Positions 18,363 through 27,356 of a DNA stretch of 64,000 bases are shown piece after piece (the first letter of the stretch is position 1; every line of letters starts with the position of its first letter). The notes below the pieces were generated by a model, which was given only the letters and a program-made list of their open reading frames with translations, was not told the origin of the DNA and made no database searches. Made by a program: the position numbers and the translations under genes. Source of the stretch: Acidimicrobiales bacterium (GTDB lineage Bacteria; Actinomycetota; Acidimicrobiia; Acidimicrobiales; AC-9); assembly GCA_051985455.1 (NCBI GenBank), contig JBPYEI010000102.1:5356-69355 (forward strand), read 5' to 3'.

Positions 18363-20080
18363 CGACCCGGGTCAGGTTCGGCACTCGGGCCGAGCTCGAG
18401 GCCCGGGGCTGTCTGGTGGGAAAGACGGGCACGCAGCCCGTGTGCGTCTTCTGGGACGAGGGTCGCCCTCGCGCCGTCGACGATCGTTGTCCCCACATGG
18501 GCTTCCCGCTCCATCGAGGCACGGTCGAGGCGGGCCTGCTGACCTGTCACTGGCACCACGCCCGTTTCGATCTCAGCTCGGGAGGCACCCTCGACCCGTT
18601 CGCCGACGACGTTCGGGTCTACCCCGTCGAGCTCGACGGTGACGACGTGGTGGTCGTCGTCGAGCCAGAGCCCGACCGCGCCGCCCACCACCGCCGTCGG
18701 CTCGAGGAGGGGTTGGAGCAGGGCCTCACCCTGGTCATCGCCAAGGCGGTGCTCGGTCTGCTCGCCGCCGGCGTGGCGCCGCGGGAGATCGTTCGGGTCG
18801 GGATCGACTTCGGGACGACCTACCGGGGCGCCGGCTGGGGCGCGGGCCTCACCGTGCTCGTGGCCATGGCCAACGTCCTGGAGAGCCTCGACCCCGACGA
18901 CCAGGCGCTCGCCCTCGTGCAGGGGCTGGCGTTCGTGTCGCGGGACACCACCGGGCGCCCACCTCGGTTTGCGCTCACGCCTCTGGCCACCCGAGACGTG
19001 CCGGTGGAGCGGCTCGGCGCCTGGTACCGCCGCTTCATCGAGACCCGGTCGGCTGACGCCGCAGAGCGCACGCTCCTTTCTGCCATCGCCGCCGACGGCA
19101 TGGGCGATGTGTCGGTCATCATGACGGCGGCGGCCACCGACCACGTGTTCCTTGACCAGGGCCACACCCTCGACTTCACCAACAAGGCCTTCGAGGCCGC
19201 CGACCACCTCGGCGACGGCGCCGCGTCCGTCGTCCTGCCCACCGTCGTGGCCCAGACGGCCCAGGCCCGCCGGCACGAGGAAGAAGGACCGTGGCGGCAT
19301 CCGCACGACCTGGCGGCGATGATCACCGACCTCGAGGCTCGCTTGCCCTCCCTCCTCGTGGCCGGCGAGGCTGCAGCGAAACGGCTCACCGACGGCGACG
19401 TCGCCGCCCTCGCCTGGCAGGTGCTGGCCGACGACCCTGCCGTCGTGAGCACGGCGCTCTGTGACGCCATCACCGGCGGTGCCACACCCGAGCAGCTCGG
19501 CCGGGCCGTGGCGCTGGCGGCGGCGCTACGGATCACCCGTTTCCACACCAGAAACGATCACGGTGACTGGGACGTCGTCCACCACGGGTTCACCACCGCC
19601 AACGCCCTCCACCGGTCGCTCGTACGGGCGCCGTCGGCCGAGCTGGTGCGGGGCGTCTTCCACGTCGCCTACAAGGTCTTTCTCGACCGGTTCCTCAACG
19701 TGCCGGCGGCGCGCCTGCCGACCGCCGAAGTTGGCGACCTCGAGGACCTCCAGGCGTGCTGGGACGCCCAGGGAGGCGTGGACGAGGCCGGAGCGATCGC
19801 CTACGGCTACCTGCGCTCCGGCAGCGATCCCCGGCCGCTGGTCGCCGCCCTCGGCCGGGCCCTCCTCGCCGAAGACGCCGGGTTCCACTGGTTCCAGACC
19901 TACGAGGCGGCCGTGCGCCAGGCGTCGGCCTGGCCCCACGGCTCGGAGGAGGCGGCCCTCGTGCTCGTCGGCGCGGCGCGGTTCCTGGCTGCCCACACGC
20001 CGACCCGTAGAGAGCTGCCCCAGGTGGTGCGGACGGCCGCTCGGCTGCGACGAGGCGAGGCCCTGTTCGAGGACGAATGA
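18359..20080 (+). CDS. Rieske [2Fe-2S] domain protein with ~460-aa uncharacterised helical C-terminal domain
   Basis: GTG at 18359 overlaps the pncA stop (GTGA). Rieske ligands: CPHMGFPLHRG...CHWHHARF. The rest has no motif I recognise. The 930-aa track ORF is an over-extension. Confidence 0.75.
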   Translation: MTTRVRFGTRAELEARGCLVGKTGTQPVCVFWDEGRPRAVDDRCPHMGFPLHRGTVEAGLLTCHWHHARFDLSSGGTLDPFADDVRVYPVELDGDDVVVVVEPEPDRAAHHRRRLEEGLEQGLTLVIAKAVLGLLAAGVAPREIVRVGIDFGTTYRGAGWGAGLTVLVAMANVLESLDPDDQALALVQGLAFVSRDTTGRPPRFALTPLATRDVPVERLGAWYRRFIETRSADAAERTLLSAIAADGMGDVSVIMTAAATDHVFLDQGHTLDFTNKAFEAADHLGDGAASVVLPTVVAQTAQARRHEEEGPWRHPHDLAAMITDLEARLPSLLVAGEAAAKRLTDGDVAALAWQVLADDPAVVSTALCDAITGGATPEQLGRAVALAAALRITRFHTRNDHGDWDVVHHGFTTANALHRSLVRAPSAELVRGVFHVAYKVFLDRFLNVPAARLPTAEVGDLEDLQACWDAQGGVDEAGAIAYGYLRSGSDPRPLVAALGRALLAEDAGFHWFQTYEAAVRQASAWPHGSEEAALVLVGAARFLAAHTPTRRELPQVVRTAARLRRGEALFEDE

Positions 20081-20107
20081 CCAGGTCGCCCAGGCAGCTT
20101 CGGCTCG

Positions 20108-20181
20108 TGGGGACGGAGGGACTCGAACCCTCACTGCGGGCGTTTTAAGCGCCCTGCCTCTGCCGGTTGGGCTACGTCCCC
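20108..20181 (-). tRNA. tRNA with anticodon UAA (Leu codon UUA) but a class I architecture (5-nt variable loop)
   Basis: Hand-folded sequence: GGGGACG-TA-GCC(C)AACCGGCAG(A)GGC-A-GGGCG-CUUAAAA-CGCCC-GCAGU-GAGGG-UUCGAGU-CCCUC-CGUCCCC-A. It has a 7-bp acceptor stem, a canonical T-loop and discriminator A. CCA is not encoded. Confidence 0.8.
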
Positions 20182-20232
20182 CCGCGGTCTCGCCCTCACG
20201 ATAGGCCTGGGCGGCCGGCGTAGGATGACTCC

Positions 20233-21117
20233 GTGGCGGCTGGAGACAAGTTCGTCGAAGCGACCCGACCGGCGGCGCTGGTCCCGCTGCGCCCCCGGGA
20301 CGCCGACGCCGAGGCGCCGCTGCACGACCCCAGGCTGTCCGACGTCGACGAGTGGGGTCGCTCGGAGCACATGCGGGCCATCGCTCGCCAGATCTACGCG
20401 CCGCTCTACAACCAGTGGTTCCGGGCCGAGTGGCAGGGCTTGGAGAAGATCCCGACCAGCGGTGGTGCCCTGCTGATCGCCAACCACGCCGCCGCCATCC
20501 CGTCCGACGCTCCGGTCATCATGCACGGCATCGAGGAGGAGCTGGGCCGGCCCGTGTACGGCCTGGCCGACCACATTTTCAAGACCTTCCCCGTCGTCGG
20601 GACCCTGTGGTCCCGGCTGGGTGGGGTGGCTGCCCACCCCGAGAACGCGTTCCGCCTGCTGCGCGAGCAGCGCCAGCTCGTGCTCGTCTTCCCCGAAGGG
20701 ACCAAGGGCCCGGGCAAGCTGTACCAGGACCGCTACCGGCTCCGGCGCTTCGGCCGGGGCGGTTTCGTCGAAATGGCCATGCGCGCGGGCGTGCCCATCG
20801 TGCCCATCGCCGTGGTGGGAGCCGAGGAGTCGATGCCGACCCTGGCCAAGGTGCCGGCCCTGGCCCGCCTCCTCGGTGTGCCCTACGTGCCCATCACCGC
20901 CAACCATCTGGTCTTCGGACCGGTCCTGGGCACCCTCACCTACTTCCCGTCCAAGTTCAAGCTCCGCGTGCTCGACCCGGTCACGTTCCAGGTCCCGCCC
21001 GAGCAGGAGCGGTACTCCAAGAGCCGCGTCATGGACGAGGCGGAGGCCATCAGGGTCAAGCTCCAGGACAACCTCTACGACATGTTGCGCGACCGGCGCA
21101 GCGTCTGGTTCGGCTGA
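20233..21117 (+). CDS. Lysophospholipid/1-acyl-glycerol-3-phosphate acyltransferase family protein
   Basis: LIANHAAAIPSD and VFPEGTKGPG acyltransferase blocks. GTG start. Confidence 0.8.
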   Translation: MAAGDKFVEATRPAALVPLRPRDADAEAPLHDPRLSDVDEWGRSEHMRAIARQIYAPLYNQWFRAEWQGLEKIPTSGGALLIANHAAAIPSDAPVIMHGIEEELGRPVYGLADHIFKTFPVVGTLWSRLGGVAAHPENAFRLLREQRQLVLVFPEGTKGPGKLYQDRYRLRRFGRGGFVEMAMRAGVPIVPIAVVGAEESMPTLAKVPALARLLGVPYVPITANHLVFGPVLGTLTYFPSKFKLRVLDPVTFQVPPEQERYSKSRVMDEAEAIRVKLQDNLYDMLRDRRSVWFG

Positions 21118-21122
21118 ACAGC

Positions 21123-22169
21123 GTGGGGCGCCGTGTCCTGATCACAGGACTCGGGTCGTTCTGGGGCGGTCGCATGGCCCAGGCGCTCGAGCGAGATCCC
21201 GACGTCGAGATGATCGTCGGGCTCGACACCGTGACACCCTCGGTCGAGCTGGAGCGCACCGAGTACGTGCGGGCCGACCAGAGCTACTCGATCCTCTCGC
21301 GCATCGTGCGCGCCGTGCAGGTCGACACGATCGTGCACACGTTCCTCGTGGTGGACTCCACCCGCATGAGCGGTCGGGCCCTACACGAGACCAACGTCAT
21401 CGGCACCATGAACCTGCTCGCCGCTGCCAGCGCGGCGGGCGCACCCGTCCGGCAGATCGTGGTGAAGTCCTCGAGCCTGGTGTACGGGTCCTCGTACCAG
21501 GACCCGGTCTGGTTCCGGGAGGAGACGCCCCGCACCGGGCCTCCCCACACCCGGGTCGAGTCCTCCCTTCTCGAGGCCGAGGGCTACCTGCGCGACTTCG
21601 CCGAGGACAACCCCCACGTGGTCGTGACCCTGCTTCGGTTCGCCAACGTGCTCGGCACCGAGATAGTGACGGCCACGAGCCAGGCGCTCGAGCGGCAGAC
21701 TGCGCCGTACGTCTTCGGCTTCGATCCACTGATCCAGTTCGTCGAGGAAGGCGACGTCGTGCGCTGCCTCGAGTTCGTGACGAAGCACGGCGTGGCCGGC
21801 ATCTACAACGTTGCCGGCGATGGCCGTCTGCCCTGGAGCGAGGTGGCGAGCATCTGCGGCACCCGCCTACTGCCGCTGCCCTTCCTGCTCACCAACGTCG
21901 CCGCGGCGCCTCTCAGACAGCTCGGTCTGCTCGACCTGCCCGCCGAGCTCCTCAGCCTGCTGCGCTTCGGCCGGGGGATCGACAACCGCCGCCTCAAGGA
22001 AGCGGGCTTCGCCTACCGGTACACATCAGCGGGCGCCGTCGAGAACTTCGCCCGCGCCCGCCGCCTGCGTCGCACCGTGGGCACGATCCCGCCCGACTAC
22101 ACCTACGAGCGCGACGTGGAGGCGTTCTTCCAGCACTCGCCGGCGGTCCTGCGCAACCCCGAGGCGTGA
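21123..22169 (+). CDS. NAD-dependent epimerase/dehydratase family protein
   Basis: GTG at 21123, 5 nt after the upstream stop. VLITGLGSFWGGRMAQAL (Rossmann GxxGxxG), VKSSSLVYG. Confidence 0.8.
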   Translation: MGRRVLITGLGSFWGGRMAQALERDPDVEMIVGLDTVTPSVELERTEYVRADQSYSILSRIVRAVQVDTIVHTFLVVDSTRMSGRALHETNVIGTMNLLAAASAAGAPVRQIVVKSSSLVYGSSYQDPVWFREETPRTGPPHTRVESSLLEAEGYLRDFAEDNPHVVVTLLRFANVLGTEIVTATSQALERQTAPYVFGFDPLIQFVEEGDVVRCLEFVTKHGVAGIYNVAGDGRLPWSEVASICGTRLLPLPFLLTNVAAAPLRQLGLLDLPAELLSLLRFGRGIDNRRLKEAGFAYRYTSAGAVENFARARRLRRTVGTIPPDYTYERDVEAFFQHSPAVLRNPEA

Positions 22170-22264
22170 CGGCCGGCGGCGGGGTTGGGGTCCGCGCCGC
22201 TCGGAGGAGGGCGGGGATGGGGCCCCGCCCGGGGCGGCGAAGCCGCCAGCGACACAGCGATTCG

Positions 22265-22864
22265 CTACGTCCACGCGCCGAGGTACGCGTCCCGCTTGTC
22301 GGCCCACTCCTCTGACGTGATGGCGTACCGGATGTGATCTTCCCAGCGGCCGTCGATCTGGAGATAGCGCGTCGCCACCCCCTCGTCGCGCAGACCAAGC
22401 TTCTCCACCACGCGTTGGCTGGCGCGGTTGCGGGGGATGATCGAGACCTGCAGCCGGTGGAGGTCGAGCTCGTCGAAAGCGAAGCGGAGCACGACCACCA
22501 GCGCTTCGGGCGCGTAGCCTCGGCCGGCGAGGTCCTGGTCGATCCAGTATCCGACGTAGGCGTTCTGGAACGGTCCCCGCTGGATCGACGAAAGGTTGAT
22601 CTCCCCGCCGAGACGCCCCTCGACGAAGATGCCGAACCCGTAGCCGCTACCGAGCTGGCGCTCCCGCTCCCGGCCGCCGCAGCGAGCGGCGAACGCCCGC
22701 CGGTCCTCGACGGCGTCGGAGGAGCCCAAGGGTGGACGGGGCTCCCACCGAACCAGCCAGTCGCGGCAGCGCCGGCGGACCTCCTGCCACTGGGCGAAGT
22801 CGTCCTCGACCAAGGGTCGGAGCAGCACGCGCCGCCCGGTCAGCTCGAGCGTCGACGCCCGCAT
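22265..22864 (-). CDS. GNAT N-acetyltransferase (RimJ/RimL-like)
   Basis: RRVLLRPLVEDDF...YWIDQDLAGRGYAPEAL...HRLQVSIIPRNRASQRVVEKLG. The start shares 1 nt with the upstream stop (TAATG). Confidence 0.85.
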   Translation of the reverse strand: MRASTLELTGRRVLLRPLVEDDFAQWQEVRRRCRDWLVRWEPRPPLGSSDAVEDRRAFAARCGGRERERQLGSGYGFGIFVEGRLGGEINLSSIQRGPFQNAYVGYWIDQDLAGRGYAPEALVVVLRFAFDELDLHRLQVSIIPRNRASQRVVEKLGLRDEGVATRYLQIDGRWEDHIRYAITSEEWADKRDAYLGAWT

Positions 22865-24831
22865 TACACGGCCTCGCGCACGGATTCCACGGCAGCCGGG
22901 TCCTCGAGAGCGGACAGGTCACCGGGATCGGCGCCGGTCGCGGCGGAGCGGACCGCCCGCCGCAACACCTTGGCGTTGCGGGTCTTGGGCAGGGCGGCGG
23001 CGAAGCGGATGCTCGAGGGTCGGAACGACCGGCCGAGCTGATCGGCGACGAGCGTCGTCAGCTCACCGCGCAGGTCCTCGCCAGGGCGCCAGCCCGGGCC
23101 GAGAACGACGAAGGCCCACAGGGCCTCGCCCTTGACGGGGTCGGGCACGCCGATGGCGGCGGCCTCGAGGACAGCAGGATGGGAGACGAGCACCGACTCG
23201 ACCTCTGCCGGGCCGAGACGCTTGCCCGCCACCTTGATCGTGTCGTCGCTGCGTCCGTGCAGGAACCACTCGCCGTCGTCGTCGATCGACGCCCAGTCGC
23301 CGTGGGTCCACACGCCCGGCCACCGGGACCAGTAGGTGTCGAGGTAGCGCTCGGGGTCGCGGTAGAGGCCCCTCGTCATGCCCGGCCACGGCTTGGTGCA
23401 CACCAGCTCGCCCACCGCATTGCGCAGCGGCTGGCCCTCCTCGTCGAAGACATCAACCGCAGTGCCCAGGCAGGGTCCGCCGAGCGACAGCGGTTTGAGG
23501 GGCGCGACCGGATGGGGAGACAGGAAGCACACGCCCACCTCCGTGCCTCCCGAGATGTTGATCACCGGGCACCGTCCGCCACCTACGACGCGGAAGTACC
23601 ACCACCAGGGTTGCTCGTTCCACGGCTCGCCGGTCGAGCCGAGGATGCGCAGCGTCGACAGGTCGTGGCCCGTCACCGGGTCGTTACCATGCGCCATCAG
23701 GGCGCGCACGAGGGTGGGGCTCACGCCGCAGATGCTCACCCGGTGCCGCTCGATCAGCGCCCACAGACGATCGGGACCCGGGAAGTCGGGGGCGCCCTCG
23801 TACAGCATGAGCGTGGCGCCAACTGCGAGCGCGCCGAACATCTCCCAGGGGCCCATGATCCACCCGATGTCGGTGAACCAGAAGAGGACGTCGTCTGATC
23901 GGCAGTCGAACTGGAAGGCCACCTCCTCGGCGACCTTGACCCCGAAGCCGCCGTGGACGTGCACCGACCCCTTTGGTCGGCCCGTGGTCCCGGATGTATA
24001 GCCGATGAGCAACGGCTGCTCGGAGTCGACCGGTCGCGAAGGAAAGGTGGCTTCCGCCGGACCCGGCCACCGCAACCAGGTCCGTCCCTTGTCGTCTGCG
24101 GCGGAGGGGAGACCGCCCGTGCCGAGCCGCTCCACGACGACGACGGTCCGCGCCGAGGGCACGTCGGCGACCGACTGGCGCGCCACGTCGAGCATGGGCA
24201 CCACGCTTCCCCGGCGGTGGAACCCGTCGGCGGTCACGAGGGCGACGGCCCCGGCATCGGCGAGGCGGGTGCTCACCGCATGGGCGGCGTAGCCGCTGAA
24301 CAGCGGCAGGAACACCGCGCCCAGCTTGGCCACGGCCATCAGAGTGGCCACGGTCTCGGGCACCATCGGCATGAACACACCAATGGCGTCGCCCTCTCGC
24401 ACCCCGTGATCGGCCAGCGTCGCGGCGAGCCCGTCGGCCTGCGAGCGGAGCTCACGGTACGTCCACCGGCGCACGTCGCCGTCCTCGCCCTCCCACACCA
24501 CCGCGGTCCGGCCCGGACCGGCGTCGGCGTGGCGGTCCACGCACACGTCAGCCAGGTTGAGCCGCCCGCCGACGAACCATCGGGCCCAGGGGACTCCTTG
24601 GTCGACGTTCAAGATCTGTCGATAGGGCTCGACGAACGGGATCCCGAGGAACTCGACCACGGCGGCCCAGAACCACTCGGGCTCGTCGATGGAACGGGCG
24701 ACGAGGTCCTCGAATCGGGTGATGCCATGGAGCGCCATGAAGCGGCCGACGTTGCTCGCTGCCGCCTGCTCGGGGTCGGGCCACCATGCCTCGCGGGTTG
24801 TGGTCGCCGGATCGGCAGGAACGCCGCTCAC
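22864..24831 (-). CDS. AMP-forming acyl-CoA synthetase (acetyl/acetoacetyl-CoA synthetase-like)
   Basis: YTSGTTGRPKG, GWIMG, HGRSDDTIKVAGKRLGPAE. 655 aa. GTGA overlap with the aminotransferase stop. Confidence 0.85.
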   Translation of the reverse strand: MSGVPADPATTTREAWWPDPEQAAASNVGRFMALHGITRFEDLVARSIDEPEWFWAAVVEFLGIPFVEPYRQILNVDQGVPWARWFVGGRLNLADVCVDRHADAGPGRTAVVWEGEDGDVRRWTYRELRSQADGLAATLADHGVREGDAIGVFMPMVPETVATLMAVAKLGAVFLPLFSGYAAHAVSTRLADAGAVALVTADGFHRRGSVVPMLDVARQSVADVPSARTVVVVERLGTGGLPSAADDKGRTWLRWPGPAEATFPSRPVDSEQPLLIGYTSGTTGRPKGSVHVHGGFGVKVAEEVAFQFDCRSDDVLFWFTDIGWIMGPWEMFGALAVGATLMLYEGAPDFPGPDRLWALIERHRVSICGVSPTLVRALMAHGNDPVTGHDLSTLRILGSTGEPWNEQPWWWYFRVVGGGRCPVINISGGTEVGVCFLSPHPVAPLKPLSLGGPCLGTAVDVFDEEGQPLRNAVGELVCTKPWPGMTRGLYRDPERYLDTYWSRWPGVWTHGDWASIDDDGEWFLHGRSDDTIKVAGKRLGPAEVESVLVSHPAVLEAAAIGVPDPVKGEALWAFVVLGPGWRPGEDLRGELTTLVADQLGRSFRPSSIRFAAALPKTRNAKVLRRAVRSAATGADPGDLSALEDPAAVESVREAV

Positions 24832-25934
24832 CGGCCCAGCACCTCACCCAGGGCCGCGAGCAGCAGGGTGACGTTGCGAGGTCGGGCGGTGTGTCCCATG
24901 CACCCGATGCGCCACGCCTTGCCCGCATGCGGACCGAGCCCGCCGCCGATCTCGATCCCGTAGCGGTCGAGCAGCAGGGCGCGGACACGGGACTCGCTCG
25001 ACCCACCCGGCAGGATGGTCTCGGGCACCCACACCGTGGTGAGCTGGGGAAGACGGTGGCCCTCCGGGGCGAGGAGCTCGAAACCGAGCTTCTCCAAGCC
25101 CTCCTGGAGTTGCCGGCCGCATTCGGCGTGTCGCGACCACGACGCCTCCAGCCCTTCCTCCTGCAGCACGCCGAGACCGGCGTGCAGAGCCTGGATCATC
25201 GGGACAGGGACCGTGTGGTGGTACCGGCGACCGCCGCCCGCCTCCATGTAGGCGGCGAGCATCCCGAGGTCGAGATACCACGACCGTGGACGGCGCACGA
25301 GGCGCGCTCGCGCCCGGTCGCTGACCGTGAGCGGCGCCAGGCCGGGCGGGACGCCCAGACACTTCTGCGTGCCGCTGTAGGCGACGTCGATGTTCCAGGC
25401 GTCGACGTCGACCGGGATACCGCCGAGGGACGTCACGCAGTCGACGAGCAGGAGCGCGTCGCCCTTGGCGGACCCGAGGGGCCCCATGTCGTTGCGTACC
25501 CCCGTCGAGGTCTCGGCGTGGACCACCGCCATGAGCTTGGGCGCCGGGTGTGCGGCCAAGAGACGGGCGGGATCCAGAGCCTCCCCCCACGCCGCGTCGA
25601 CGCGGACGACCTCGGCACCGCATCGGCCCGCCACGTCGCACATGCGCTCGCCGAAGAGGCCGTTCACGCCGATCACGACGGGATCACCGGGCTCGACCAG
25701 GTTGACGAAGGCTGCCTCCATCCCGGCCGACCCGGTGCCGCTGATGGGCAGCGTCAGCGAGTTGGCCGTCCGGAACACCGCCCGCAGCCCATCGCATGTC
25801 TCGTCGAGGATGCTGAGGAACTCGGGGTCGAGGTGGCCCAACAACGGCCGGCCCAGCGCCGCCGTCACCTCGGGGTAGGCGTTGGAGGGACCGGGACCCA
25901 TGAGGACGCGCTCGGAGACGGGCATCCCCGGCAC
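24828..25934 (-). CDS. Class V aminotransferase (alanine-glyoxylate / serine-pyruvate type)
   Basis: MGPGPSNAYPEV, HAETSTGV, YSGTQKCLG (PLP lysine). Confidence 0.85.
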   Translation of the reverse strand: MPGMPVSERVLMGPGPSNAYPEVTAALGRPLLGHLDPEFLSILDETCDGLRAVFRTANSLTLPISGTGSAGMEAAFVNLVEPGDPVVIGVNGLFGERMCDVAGRCGAEVVRVDAAWGEALDPARLLAAHPAPKLMAVVHAETSTGVRNDMGPLGSAKGDALLLVDCVTSLGGIPVDVDAWNIDVAYSGTQKCLGVPPGLAPLTVSDRARARLVRRPRSWYLDLGMLAAYMEAGGGRRYHHTVPVPMIQALHAGLGVLQEEGLEASWSRHAECGRQLQEGLEKLGFELLAPEGHRLPQLTTVWVPETILPGGSSESRVRALLLDRYGIEIGGGLGPHAGKAWRIGCMGHTARPRNVTLLLAALGEVLGR

Positions 25935-25952
25935 TCTACCGACGACTCAGGC

Positions 25953-27356
25953 TCAGGGCCGGAGCTGGCTGGTGATCAGCCCGTCGAGGATGTCCGCCTC
26001 GGACACGAGACACCACTCGAACTCGAAGTGACGCATGAGCGTCGCCAGGACCACCGTCCCGCCCACTATGACGTCGGCGCGCGCCGCCTCCAGACCGGGT
26101 CGACGAAGGCGCTCGTCCTTGGGCTCGCCGCCCAGCGCCTCGAGGAGCTCCTCGACCCGACGCCGGCTCAACGCGGAGTGATGGATGCGGTCGCGGCGGT
26201 AGGCGGGCAGGCCCTGGTCGATGGCCGACAGCGTGGTGACCGTACCGGCCAGGCCGACCAGCTGCGCCGCCTGGGTAATGGCGGGCTCTGTGATGGCGGC
26301 GCGGTTGAGGCGGGCGTGGACATCCTCGGCGGCGTCCGCCAGCTCCGCTGGCAACGGCGGATCGTGGTGCAGGAAACGCTCGGTGACCCGGACGCAGCCC
26401 ACCTCGATGGATATCACCGCCACCCCCGTTGGGCGGCCGGCGCCGTTGCTGTCCGTTTCACCGACGACGGGCAGTGGCGCCGTCACCAGCTCGGTGGAAC
26501 CGCCACCGATGTCGACGACGAGGTACGGGCCACCGTGCGGATCGAGCTCGGCCGTGGCGCCCGAAAACGACAGCCGTCCCTCGGCCTCACCCGAGAGAAG
26601 CTCGAGCGGCACCCCAAGTGCCTCCCGAGCTGGGGCGAACAGCTCGTCGCGGTTGGCCGCGTCACGAGCCGCCGAGGTCGCCGTCGCCCGTGCCGCCACC
26701 ACCCCATGCCCGTCCATGATCTCGCGGTACTCGCGGAGGACGGCAACGGTCCGTGCCACGGCCGGCTCGGCCAGCCTTCCGGTCGCGTCGACACCTTCGC
26801 CCAGTCGCGTGATGCGCATCAGCCGCTCCAGCGGCCCGCCGGCCGCGTCAGCGACGAGCAGTCGGGTCGAGTTCGTCCCGCAGTCGATGGCTGCGACGGG
26901 ACCAGCGCGGGGTCCGTCGAGGTTCAGGCGGGCGGCTACCCAACGCCCGATGGGGTCGTCACCCCCGGCGAGGAACCACGCCAGATGGGCGTGGAGGCAC
27001 TTCACGCCGCGACGCGTCCCGCCTACACCACCGGTGGGACGAGGTCCTTGGTGGTCATCCGGCAGCGCCGTGTCGCGCTCGGCCGCGTACCGGGCGTGGG
27101 CCGCCGCCAGCTCGGCGGGATCGACGGCCGCCTCAGCCTTTGCCACGCCGCCGTCGGCCTCCAGTCCGCTCACGGCCGCCCGCAGGTTCGGATCCACGAG
27201 CCACCAGCGGGTGGGCATCGGGGTGCCGTCCTCGAGAAGGGGGTCGTTCCTGATCACCGCGGGCTGGCCGGCCAGGTTGCGGACGACCACCTCGAATCGA
27301 CCTCGGGGCTGGCGACCGAGGAGGACGGCCACCTCGTCCCGGCGGTCGTCGGTCAC
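25953..27356 (-). CDS. ppx: Fusion protein: DUF501 domain (N-terminal) + Ppx/GppA exopolyphosphatase (C-terminal)
   Basis: N-terminal part: LLGRQPRGRFEVVVR...TRWWLVDP...VKCLHAHLAWFLAGGDDPIGRW (DUF501). Then AAIDCGTNSTRLLVAD...VVDIGGGSTELV (ASKHA Ppx/GppA). GTGA overlap with the coxG stop. Confidence 0.8.
   Translation of the reverse strand: MTDDRRDEVAVLLGRQPRGRFEVVVRNLAGQPAVIRNDPLLEDGTPMPTRWWLVDPNLRAAVSGLEADGGVAKAEAAVDPAELAAAHARYAAERDTALPDDHQGPRPTGGVGGTRRGVKCLHAHLAWFLAGGDDPIGRWVAARLNLDGPRAGPVAAIDCGTNSTRLLVADAAGGPLERLMRITRLGEGVDATGRLAEPAVARTVAVLREYREIMDGHGVVAARATATSAARDAANRDELFAPAREALGVPLELLSGEAEGRLSFSGATAELDPHGGPYLVVDIGGGSTELVTAPLPVVGETDSNGAGRPTGVAVISIEVGCVRVTERFLHHDPPLPAELADAAEDVHARLNRAAITEPAITQAAQLVGLAGTVTTLSAIDQGLPAYRRDRIHHSALSRRRVEELLEALGGEPKDERLRRPGLEAARADVIVGGTVVLATLMRHFEFEWCLVSEADILDGLITSQLRP

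Noticed and set aside
20081-20232. tRNA-adjacent integration site or genomic island
   Set aside because: There is no integrase, no direct repeat of the tRNA 3' end, and no compositional break that I can see on either side. The flanking genes are ordinary metabolic genes.
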